Below, piece by piece: positions 10,680-19,904 of a stretch of 64,000 nucleotides of DNA. The DNA comes from Spirochaetaceae bacterium (GTDB lineage Bacteria > Spirochaetota > Spirochaetia > DSM-2461): positions 64,001 through 128,000 of the forward strand of contig JAOPTT010000013.1 in NCBI GenBank assembly GCA_051531975.1. Direction: 5' to 3'. Under the pieces are notes generated by a model. It saw only the letters and a program-made list of their open reading frames with translations. It was not told the DNA's origin and made no database searches. How positions within the stretch are numbered: the first letter of the stretch is position 1; each line of letters opens with the position of its first letter. The position numbers were made by a program, and so were the translations under genes.

Positions 10680-11228
10680 CTATTCAACATCTTCATTTAA
10701 TATGGCAAAATGAAGATGATCTTCCCATTTCCCATCTATTTTCAAATACTTTTTACTCAATCCTTCTTCAGTAAAGTTTAACTTTTTAATTACCTTAATT
10801 GATCTAACATTATCAGGGATTATATTTGCCTCAATTCTATGTAATTTATATTCTTTAAACGCTATATCGATTAGTTTCTTTAAAGCTTCTGTTATCTTAC
10901 CTTTGTTAATCTCACATTCATCTAATTTATATCCTAAAAAACATGACTGAAATACGCCATAAATTATATTTGTTAAAGATACTTTTCCAATAATTGAGTC
11001 TTCACCTTTATTAAAAATATATAGGTTTAAACTATCTTTGTTAATATTTGAACTGATTTCATTATTAATAGTCTCTTCTACCAAGTTATCAGAAAAATAA
11101 CTTTTTTCCCTTAATGGTTCCCATTTTTTAAGAAAACCGATATTTCTTTCCATGTAATCTAAAAGCAATTTAGATTCTTCAACTTTAAGCATTCTTAGAA
11201 TAAGCCTATCTGTTTCATAACTTTTCAA
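10680..11228 (-). CDS. GNAT N-acetyltransferase, RimJ/RimL family
   Basis: ETDRLILR, LHRIEANIIPDN, IDGKWEDH; TTG start with GAGGAG RBS. Confidence 0.9.
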   Translation of the reverse strand: MKSYETDRLILRMLKVEESKLLLDYMERNIGFLKKWEPLREKSYFSDNLVEETINNEISSNINKDSLNLYIFNKGEDSIIGKVSLTNIIYGVFQSCFLGYKLDECEINKGKITEALKKLIDIAFKEYKLHRIEANIIPDNVRSIKVIKKLNFTEEGLSKKYLKIDGKWEDHLHFAILNEDVE

Positions 11229-11479
11229 TATTAACTCCTCTGTAATTATACCCTAACTTTCAAAATTGAATTCTGCTTCCCAATCAAAAGTTCCTAGAAA
11301 TGCACCGATATAATAAGTGTAGATAATTACTTTATCTTTATCTATGTCCTTTACTTTAATTTCAGTTATACATATTGGATTTAATCATATTCACTTAAAA
11401 TAAAGCTTTTAATTTCATGATTTTACATAGTGAAAATAGTTAACCTTGCACAATTAAATATAGTGCCTTACTATAATTT

Positions 11480-13312
11480 ATGGCATTTTCTCCTCTAAGT
11501 GGTGTGAGAAGGCTGAAAAGCTATATTAAATCTAAAATTGCAATTCAGTACATATTCATCATTACTTTATTTATTTCACTATTTATAGTTCTCTTTTTAT
11601 CTAGTTTTAACATTATGTTTAATATGCTTACAGAAGAAGTATATAAACAGTTAGGCCAAAAACTTGAAATAGTAAATACTGATATCTCAAATACAATCGA
11701 TGAAGTAATAGCTGTAAGCCATAGTCTTGCCACAGACACTTTAATTCAAGAGCATTTAAATGGGGTTTATAGTAGTTATACCTCTGACAAAGTTATTATG
11801 GACCGTATACAATCCCTATTGTTATTTAGTTCACTAGAACCTTTTCTAGATCTTACTTTTAGAGATACAGAAGGTAAAATTTTCTCAAATTGGAGTCGTA
11901 ATTTTTATTCATACGATTATCTCTTTGATTCAAAAAATGCTATAGAAGCTGCAAATAATGATGGCTCAATAGTATATGGTGAGTTTGAGATGTCTTTTAA
12001 TATTGATGATATAAGTGAAAGATCTCTTAGTTTATATAGACATATTTTGGGTCAAAACAGTAAAGATAAAAATAAAAGCCAATTGATTCTGACTATATCA
12101 GAAAGAGTTTTTTATAGAATATTTAATACTATACTATCAAATGACTCTGGGGGAATATATCTTACTGATGACAAAGGGGAAGTCTACACAGGACAACAAA
12201 ATAACTTCATCTCAGCAAATAAAATCTTTAATGTAATTCCATTTAAATCTTTAAACAAACAAGGAAGCTTTACCTGGGATTCAAGAAGATTTATTTATTA
12301 TAAGTCTCCTGTTAACAATATTCCTGATAGATTAAATAAAAGTCATTGGAATCTATATATTATTCTAGAATATAAAAATGTATCAGATCGTATTGGGCTT
12401 TTTACAACTTTAATAGTAGTTGGATATATAATTGCAATTATGTTATTAGTTATTCTCTTTTTTCAAATCAATATTGATATAGTAAAACCTATAAGAGAGC
12501 TTAGTTTTATAATGAAAAGTTGGAAAATTAATAAAAAACAGCAACTTCCATATAATAAAAAAAGTAATGAAATTGGTTTGATGTTTGAAACATTTAGCCA
12601 GATGGACGAGTCCATTAGATCACTATTTATAAATCTTGAAAAAGAACATAAAATACGTGAACTGTATCAATACAAAGCCCTACGTTCTAGACTAAACCCA
12701 CACTTTTTATTTAATACATTGAATACTGTTAAAATGTTAGCTGTCATTGATAAAAATGAACCTATAATCTCAATGATCGATTCATTAGGTGGAATTCTAA
12801 ATTATAGTATGAGGGAAGATGGTGGTTGGGTAACACTAAAAGAAGAACTTGAAAATATAAGAAAATATATAACAATACAAAATACAAGATTTGCTAGTAG
12901 AGTAGAGCTAAAAACCACTATAGAAGTAGATGAGAATCTTTATATTATAAAATTTATATTACAACCAATTGTAGAAAACATCTTTGTACATGGCTTTGAT
13001 CTTAATAAATTGGATAATGCACAGGTCAAGATATCGGCGGTAACATCCCAGGATTTCCTTATACTAAAGGTACAAGATAATGGTATAGGAATTCCTGAAA
13101 ATATAATTCCTAAACTATTTTTAAACGATGAATCTAATGAAAACAGTAGAGTAAAGAGAGACTCTATAGGGCTTCCTGTAGTATTTGAAATGATAAACAC
13201 TCTTTGTGGCGATCAATACAATATTGAAGTAGAAAGCATTATGGATGTTGGTACAACAATTATTTTTAAGCTCCCAATTCATAAAATACAGCCTAAAAAA
13301 TGGAGAAAATAA
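11480..13312 (+). CDS. YesM/LytS-type sensor histidine kinase
   Basis: Two TMs, HAMP, LNPHFLFNTLN, LQPIVENIFVHG, DNGIG. Confidence 0.93.
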   Translation: MAFSPLSGVRRLKSYIKSKIAIQYIFIITLFISLFIVLFLSSFNIMFNMLTEEVYKQLGQKLEIVNTDISNTIDEVIAVSHSLATDTLIQEHLNGVYSSYTSDKVIMDRIQSLLLFSSLEPFLDLTFRDTEGKIFSNWSRNFYSYDYLFDSKNAIEAANNDGSIVYGEFEMSFNIDDISERSLSLYRHILGQNSKDKNKSQLILTISERVFYRIFNTILSNDSGGIYLTDDKGEVYTGQQNNFISANKIFNVIPFKSLNKQGSFTWDSRRFIYYKSPVNNIPDRLNKSHWNLYIILEYKNVSDRIGLFTTLIVVGYIIAIMLLVILFFQINIDIVKPIRELSFIMKSWKINKKQQLPYNKKSNEIGLMFETFSQMDESIRSLFINLEKEHKIRELYQYKALRSRLNPHFLFNTLNTVKMLAVIDKNEPIISMIDSLGGILNYSMREDGGWVTLKEELENIRKYITIQNTRFASRVELKTTIEVDENLYIIKFILQPIVENIFVHGFDLNKLDNAQVKISAVTSQDFLILKVQDNGIGIPENIIPKLFLNDESNENSRVKRDSIGLPVVFEMINTLCGDQYNIEVESIMDVGTTIIFKLPIHKIQPKKWRK

Positions 13313-13315
13313 TTA

Positions 13316-14824
13316 ATGAAAAGTGTAATTTTAGTTGATGATGAAATTCTAGTTAGGGTTGGTTTAAAGTCTTTATTAAATTGGGAGGAGATGGGTTTTA
13401 ACATTGTTGGAGAGTTTGGTGATGCTAACGCTGCAATTCATTTCCTAAAAGATAACCCTGTAAGGTTTATCTTAACTGATTTATATATGAAACCAGGTTC
13501 AGGTTTTGAATTAATAGAATGGATAAGAGTAAATTTACCAGAAAGTGGAATAATAGTTTTAAGTTGTCATAATGAATTCGATGATGTACAAAAAGCTATG
13601 AGACTAGGTGCAGATGACTATATTTTTAAATTATCCCTAAATCAAAATGAAATCTTAGATGTATTAAAACGTGTAGAATCAAAACGTACCCAATTCAGTT
13701 CTCAGCTTCCAATAGAAGTAATAAATAATCAGATAATTAAAAAAGATGAATTAACAAACTATATAAAGTTAAACATTACTGAAAAAACTACCTTTACTAA
13801 CGTTATGGCACTAACATATTATCAAAATGATTTAATTGAACCACTACGAGCACTTCTTGTGGAAAATGGATTTACTGATCTTCATTTTATCTACGATAAT
13901 AAATACCTGATCTTCTGTTTTAAAAATTTATCTACTGACATATTAACTACTATTAAACAAATTAAAGAGATTTCTGAAAAATACATATCAGGGTTATTAA
14001 TATGTGGAATATCTACAGATGAATCTCTAAACAAAGATAATATAGAAACAGCAATAAAAAATGCTATAACTGCTACATCACAATGTTTTTATGACACTAC
14101 TGAAATTTGCTTTTTTTACAATGATTATATTCTTCGTAAAGATACCTTTTATACTGATCTTGTAAATGAACATTTTTTTGTACGTTATAATGAGCTAAAA
14201 GTTTCAATTAACACAAATAATTTTGTAGTTATAGATGACACAATAAAAAATCTTTTTTCTATACTAAAAAAAGTAGCTCCTCCAGTTATAGAGACAACGA
14301 GACACTACATAATGGACATTTTAACAACTCTTAGAACAAAGCTTTATACACATAAAATACTTTTATCAAAAATAGAAGAGGATAATGAGAACTCTCTATT
14401 AGCAATAATAATGCACGGGCAGACATTAAATATAATAGAAAAAAGATTTTTCATGTTTCTAGAATTATATAAAGAGAAAATTATTAACTCTTGTATAAAA
14501 ATACGACCAGATATTGAAGCAGCAATGCGTTATATTTATGAAAACTGTACAAAAGGTATATCTTTAAGTGATATTGCAGATAATTCTAATATGAATTCAA
14601 GTTATTTCTCCCATATATTCAAAAAAGAGACAGGAACATCAGTAATTGACTATCTTCATGAAGTGCAGATAGAGAAGGCAAAAGAGTATCTGTTATCTGA
14701 TAAATATATGGTTTATGAAGTAGCTGAATTAATAGGTATGCAAAATGCAAACTATTTCAGTACTTTATTCAAAAAAGTAACTGGAAAAAGTCCTCAAGAA
14801 TACATAACTGGTAAAAATCTATAA
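13316..14824 (+). CDS. YesN-type response regulator (REC plus AraC HTH)
   Basis: LVDDE and TDLYM receiver; YFSHIFKKETG and YFSTLFKKVTGKSP. Confidence 0.93.
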   Translation: MKSVILVDDEILVRVGLKSLLNWEEMGFNIVGEFGDANAAIHFLKDNPVRFILTDLYMKPGSGFELIEWIRVNLPESGIIVLSCHNEFDDVQKAMRLGADDYIFKLSLNQNEILDVLKRVESKRTQFSSQLPIEVINNQIIKKDELTNYIKLNITEKTTFTNVMALTYYQNDLIEPLRALLVENGFTDLHFIYDNKYLIFCFKNLSTDILTTIKQIKEISEKYISGLLICGISTDESLNKDNIETAIKNAITATSQCFYDTTEICFFYNDYILRKDTFYTDLVNEHFFVRYNELKVSINTNNFVVIDDTIKNLFSILKKVAPPVIETTRHYIMDILTTLRTKLYTHKILLSKIEEDNENSLLAIIMHGQTLNIIEKRFFMFLELYKEKIINSCIKIRPDIEAAMRYIYENCTKGISLSDIADNSNMNSSYFSHIFKKETGTSVIDYLHEVQIEKAKEYLLSDKYMVYEVAELIGMQNANYFSTLFKKVTGKSPQEYITGKNL

Positions 14825-14963
14825 ATTTTAAAGATAGATATAAAAATATTGAAGAGTTAAACTAAAATTCCAAAATCATTAAATAACATCACAAAATCCG
14901 TTCATATACTTCTGTTATATCTGTGGCATCCTTAAATTAGATATAAATCAAAGGAGATTTGAA

Positions 14964-16286
14964 ATGAAAAAAGTACTACTTATGTTAGTATCTCTTAGTT
15001 TAATGGTTGGATTATTTGCGAATGGAAATAATGAAGTTAAAGAGCCTACAGAAAAGAAACCTGTAACACTAATTTTTTGGGGTGGAGTTCCAGCAGAAAC
15101 AGGACCTGGGCAGGTTGTAGACAGATTTAACAAAGAGTTTGCAGATAAAGGTATTCAAGTAGAATACAACAGATATGTAAACGATGCCCCAGGAAATCTA
15201 AAACTAGATGTTAGTTTAATGGGTGGCTCTGATATTGACCTATATATAAGTTATGGATATGAAAAGTATGCAAAACGATCCAGTAATATGGCATTAAACC
15301 TTTCTCCTTATTTAACAAAAGACAGTTATAACGTAGAAAAAATGATTGGTCCAGCTGCTGATAAAAAAAGCCAAGTAGATGGTAAATATTTTGGTCTAGC
15401 ATCTAAGACATATAACAATGGTTTCCTTGTGAATAAAGATATGTTCGATGCTGCAGGTATCGAAATACCTTCAGCATGGACTTGGGATGAGTTTGTTGCT
15501 ACTGCTAAAAAATTATCTTATGGAGAAGGCCTAGACCACGTTTATGGTGCATATGCAAATACAACATGGAATCCTCAAGCTCCTCTAGAATTTCTTGAAG
15601 CAGAACTTGGTGCAGATTATATCTATAATCAAGCTGGAACAAAAGTAGACTTATCAAACCCAAAAATTGCTAGAGCAGTAGAAATGTTTTCAGATATGAT
15701 GAGCAGTGGAGCAATGCCAAGCCAACAAGATGCAGTAAGTCAAAAGATTTCTGGTACAAGTCTGTTTATTAACAAAAAATTAGCTATGTTACATGGAACT
15801 TGGAGTATTAGAGATGTTAAAAACTTAAAAAAATATCCACATGATTTTGTAACTGGTTATATTCCATTTCCTTCAGATGCACCTAAAAACTCACCATATT
15901 ACATGGTTGGTGGACCAGGTGATATGGTACAAATAAACAAAAATAGTAAAAACAGTGATGCTGCATGGACATTCATGAAATGGTATATCGAAACAGGCCT
16001 ATTAGAAATGGCTCCATTTGGAAGATTCCCTCTATACACTGGAACTGATATGAAAGAATTGGCAAATACAGTGTTAGCTGGAGTTGAAGAGTATTTTGAT
16101 AACGAATCTATTGTAAAAGGGTTTTTAACACCTGCAAAAGATTATTCAGTACCTTTTAAAACTGATCCAACTGTAACAAAAATATTAAAAGAGGAATTAG
16201 AAGCTGTTTATTACGGTGTAAAAACCGTAGAAGAAGCTCTTTCCGATGCAGAAGAAGCTGCAAATAAAGCTTTAGCAGATAAATAA
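14964..16286 (+). CDS. Carbohydrate ABC transporter solute-binding protein
   Basis: AAGGAG RBS; signal peptide ending LFANG; NKDMFDAAGIEIP and WTWDEF motifs. Confidence 0.92.
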   Translation: MKKVLLMLVSLSLMVGLFANGNNEVKEPTEKKPVTLIFWGGVPAETGPGQVVDRFNKEFADKGIQVEYNRYVNDAPGNLKLDVSLMGGSDIDLYISYGYEKYAKRSSNMALNLSPYLTKDSYNVEKMIGPAADKKSQVDGKYFGLASKTYNNGFLVNKDMFDAAGIEIPSAWTWDEFVATAKKLSYGEGLDHVYGAYANTTWNPQAPLEFLEAELGADYIYNQAGTKVDLSNPKIARAVEMFSDMMSSGAMPSQQDAVSQKISGTSLFINKKLAMLHGTWSIRDVKNLKKYPHDFVTGYIPFPSDAPKNSPYYMVGGPGDMVQINKNSKNSDAAWTFMKWYIETGLLEMAPFGRFPLYTGTDMKELANTVLAGVEEYFDNESIVKGFLTPAKDYSVPFKTDPTVTKILKEELEAVYYGVKTVEEALSDAEEAANKALADK

Positions 16287-16295
16287 TTGAACAAT

Positions 16296-16323
16296 AAGGG
16301 TCCTAAATTACAGGACCCTTTTT
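16296..16323 (+). terminator. Stem-loop after the SBP gene (partial terminator or mRNA stabiliser)
   Basis: AAGGGTCCT-N7-AGGACCCTT followed by TTT. Confidence 0.7.
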
Positions 16324-16337
16324 CTATGGAGAATTAA

Positions 16338-17234
16338 ATGTTTTCAAATAAGAGTATAAGTCCAATGCAGAAACATCTTGATAAAACCGGATACGCATTT
16401 ATAATGCCAAATCTAGTTCTGTTTTTTATATTTATAGTAATACCATTCACGGTTTCACTTTATACCAGTTTTATGGATTGGGACTATATGGAAGGTCTAA
16501 CAGCCATGAAATTTAATGGTGGTAAACACTATATAGATATGTGGACAGATAAATGGTTTACAGATTCACTAAAAAATACTTTTATATATGTAATTGGAAC
16601 TGTTCCAATCACTATCTTTTTATCAATGATTATAGCAGTTGCAATAGAAGAATACTCATATAATAAAAAATCTATTAGACTTATTATGTTTATTCCATAT
16701 ATATCTAATATTGTTGCAGTTTCTATAGTATGGCAAATGTTGTATTCATCATATGGTCCAATTTCAGAGTTTGTGCGAGCTTTTGGTATAGAACCTCCAT
16801 ACTGGCTTGCAGATTACAACTGGGCACTTCCAGCAATTATGGTTATGTCTGTATGGTTAAGTTTAGGTTATGCCGTAATGATATATACTGCAGGACTTCA
16901 GGCTATTCCTAAAGAGTTATACGAGGCTGCAAGAATGGATGGAACAAATTCAGTTCAGCTTCTATTTAAAATAATTTTACCACAATTAACACATACATCT
17001 TTTTTCCTCTTTATTACTCTATTCATAGGTGGATTTAAGGTCTTTGGTCAAATATTTGTTATGACCCAAGGGGGGCCAGGAACCAGTACCCATGTTCTTG
17101 TTTATTATATTTATACAGCTGCATTTAGTTTCTTTAAAATGGGATATGCATCAGCTATTTCTTGGGTGCTATTTATTATACTTTTTGCAATAACACTATT
17201 TCAGTGGAAGTTACAAAAAAGATGGGAGGATTAA
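16338..17234 (+). CDS. Carbohydrate ABC permease (MalF/UgpA-like)
   Basis: EAA motif LYEAARMDG; multiple TMs. Confidence 0.93.
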   Translation: MFSNKSISPMQKHLDKTGYAFIMPNLVLFFIFIVIPFTVSLYTSFMDWDYMEGLTAMKFNGGKHYIDMWTDKWFTDSLKNTFIYVIGTVPITIFLSMIIAVAIEEYSYNKKSIRLIMFIPYISNIVAVSIVWQMLYSSYGPISEFVRAFGIEPPYWLADYNWALPAIMVMSVWLSLGYAVMIYTAGLQAIPKELYEAARMDGTNSVQLLFKIILPQLTHTSFFLFITLFIGGFKVFGQIFVMTQGGPGTSTHVLVYYIYTAAFSFFKMGYASAISWVLFIILFAITLFQWKLQKRWED

Positions 17235-17235
17235 A

Positions 17236-18093
17236 ATGAGATCACCAAACGAAAAATCAGTACCAGCAAAGGTAATAGTAACCTTCCTATTATCAATAAT
17301 GGCTTTAACAATGTTAATTCCACTAATATGGATGATATCAGCTTCATTTAAACTTCCTGCAGAAGTTATTAGTATTCCCATAAAGTGGATTCCAGAAAAA
17401 TTCCATATTGAAAATTATGGCGTTGTTTGGAATATAGGAGATCTTGCACCAAGGGATTATCACTTTGCTTTAAGTTATTTTAACTCAATAAAAGTTACGC
17501 TTATTAATCTTATTGGAGCTTTATTAACTAGTACACTAGCAGGATATGCATTTGCTAAAATAAAGTTTAGAGGTCGAGAAGGTATATTTTTACTCTATTT
17601 ATCAACAATGATGATTCCTCAACAGGTAACACTAATACCAAAGTTTTTTATGTTTGATACACTGGGAATGATAGGAACTCACTGGCCAATAATATTACCA
17701 TCCCTTGTGACACCTACTGGAACATTTATGATGAGACAATATTTTATGCAAGTACCTGATTCTTTGAGAGAAGCATCTACAATCGATGGTGCTAGTGAAT
17801 TTAAAACTTGGTGGAAGATAATGATTCCTCTTGCTAAAACTCCAATATCCTCTTTAGCTATCATAGTATTTATGTGGCACTGGAATAACTTTTTAGAACC
17901 TTTAGTATTTTTACGACACTGGAGCGACTATACAATACCTGTTGCATTAACCAGCTTCACTGATGAAAATACAACAGATTATAACCTAGTCATGGCTGCT
18001 GCTGTATCAGCAATGGTTCCAATGATAACTATTTTTCTAATAGGACAAAAGAACTTTGTACAAGGGCTTACTGCTGGAGCGGTGAAAGGCTAA
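17236..18093 (+). CDS. Carbohydrate ABC permease (MalG/UgpE-like)
   Basis: EASTIDGA; WNNFLEPL; C-terminal GLTAGAVKG. Confidence 0.93.
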   Translation: MRSPNEKSVPAKVIVTFLLSIMALTMLIPLIWMISASFKLPAEVISIPIKWIPEKFHIENYGVVWNIGDLAPRDYHFALSYFNSIKVTLINLIGALLTSTLAGYAFAKIKFRGREGIFLLYLSTMMIPQQVTLIPKFFMFDTLGMIGTHWPIILPSLVTPTGTFMMRQYFMQVPDSLREASTIDGASEFKTWWKIMIPLAKTPISSLAIIVFMWHWNNFLEPLVFLRHWSDYTIPVALTSFTDENTTDYNLVMAAAVSAMVPMITIFLIGQKNFVQGLTAGAVKG

Positions 18094-18115
18094 ACAGTAA
18101 ATAACGAGGAATTAA

Positions 18116-19867
18116 ATGAAAAATAAGACTGTAAATACAGATTTTTGTATTGTTGGTGGTGGAATGTCTGGCCTATGTGCCGCTATTGCATCTGCTAGAA
18201 AAGGAATTAAAACACTATTAGTTCAAGATAGACCGATGTTAGGAGGAAACTCGTCTAGCGAGATTAGAATGTGGATTTGTGGAGCTCATGGTGAGAATAA
18301 CCACGAAACAGGAATTCTAGAAGAGATTCTCTTAGAAAATGCATATAGACAAACAAATCCTAATTATTCTGTGTGGGACAGTATATTGTGGGAAAAAGCA
18401 CATTTTCAGGAGAACCTAACATTAATATTAAACTGTAGTATTAACAATTCTGAAATGAATAATACTGGTACTGTAATTAAAAGCTTAACAGGTTGGCAAA
18501 TGACAACTGAAACATGGATAAAAATAGAAGCAAACATATTCTCTGACTGTTCAGGAGATGGAATTTTAGCACCATTAACAGGTGCAGAGTTTCGAGTCGG
18601 CCGGGAAGCAAAAAGTGAATTCAATGAGTCTATTGCACCAGAAAAAGCTGATAAAAAAACGATGGGAATGAGCTGTTTGATCCAAGCAAGAGAAACAGAT
18701 AAGCCACAAAAGTTTATAGCACCAGAATGGGCACATAAATTTGAAAATGATTCTGATTTTCCAAATAGATCACACTCAATAAAAGGAAATCAAAATTTCT
18801 GGTGGTTAGAAGTTGGAGGAATGGATAACTCAATAGATGATACTGAGGAGTGCCGAGACGAATTACTTAAAATAGCATATGGAGTATGGGATCATGTCAA
18901 AAATTATGATAAAAATGCAGATCATGATGCCGAAAATTGGACTTTAGATTGGCTTGGATTTTTACCAGGGAAAAGAGAGAGCAGAAGACTAGTAGGAGAT
19001 TATATTCTTACCCAAAATGATATTGAAAAAGAGGGTAAACATTTTAACGATATAGTTGCATATGGTGGATGGTCAATGGATGATCATTATCCTGAAGGTT
19101 TTTATAATAAGATTGGTGGAACTATATTTCACCCTGCTCCATCCCCTTATGGTATACCCCTACGTTCTCTTTATTCAAAAAATATAGAAAATCTTTTTTT
19201 TGCAGGTAGAAATATTAGTGCAACACATTCTGCATTAAGTTCCACAAGAGTAATGGCTACATGTTCATTATTAGGCCAAGCAGTTGGTGAAGCTGCTTCA
19301 ATATGTATCGAAAACAATATTTTACCAAGAGAAGTATATAGATCAAAAATAATTGAATTACAAAACAGATTAAAAGATTCAGATTGTTATCTTCCTTGGC
19401 AAAAAAGAGTTATATCTCATAAAACGACTAAAGCAAATATAAAAACATCAAACAACGACTCTGGTGAAGTGTTAAGAAATGGAAACGACAGAGACATTAA
19501 AAATCAAGATAATGGTTATACCTTTAAAACAGGTGCATGGGTAGAGTTTAGGTTTTCTGAAGATACAAAAATTGATGATATTAGGTTTGTATTTGATAGT
19601 AACTTAAGCAGATCTACACATAACATGGTTTCATATTATAAACTTAATCAGAAAGATTTTAGTGTCCCTGGTTGCTTATTAAAAGAGTTTGTTATTGAAA
19701 TTGAAGATAAAAATGATATTTGGACAGAAATATATAAAGCCCAAAATAACTACCAGAGACTTGTTTCCATATCACTTTCCATAACAACAAAAGCTATTAG
19801 GGTTAAACCTATTAGGACATGGGATGATAGTTCAATAATGAAAATATTTAGTATAGATATAGTTTGA
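18116..19867 (+). CDS. FAD-dependent oxidoreductase (FAD_oxidored/PF12831-like)
   Basis: IVGGGMSG dinucleotide motif, DRPMLGGNSSSE, DCSGDG, KRESRR, TRVMAT. Confidence 0.88.
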   Translation: MKNKTVNTDFCIVGGGMSGLCAAIASARKGIKTLLVQDRPMLGGNSSSEIRMWICGAHGENNHETGILEEILLENAYRQTNPNYSVWDSILWEKAHFQENLTLILNCSINNSEMNNTGTVIKSLTGWQMTTETWIKIEANIFSDCSGDGILAPLTGAEFRVGREAKSEFNESIAPEKADKKTMGMSCLIQARETDKPQKFIAPEWAHKFENDSDFPNRSHSIKGNQNFWWLEVGGMDNSIDDTEECRDELLKIAYGVWDHVKNYDKNADHDAENWTLDWLGFLPGKRESRRLVGDYILTQNDIEKEGKHFNDIVAYGGWSMDDHYPEGFYNKIGGTIFHPAPSPYGIPLRSLYSKNIENLFFAGRNISATHSALSSTRVMATCSLLGQAVGEAASICIENNILPREVYRSKIIELQNRLKDSDCYLPWQKRVISHKTTKANIKTSNNDSGEVLRNGNDRDIKNQDNGYTFKTGAWVEFRFSEDTKIDDIRFVFDSNLSRSTHNMVSYYKLNQKDFSVPGCLLKEFVIEIEDKNDIWTEIYKAQNNYQRLVSISLSITTKAIRVKPIRTWDDSSIMKIFSIDIV

Positions 19868-19904
19868 TAAAATAATCCTACTAATGTCTTAAGACGGAGT
19901 TAAA

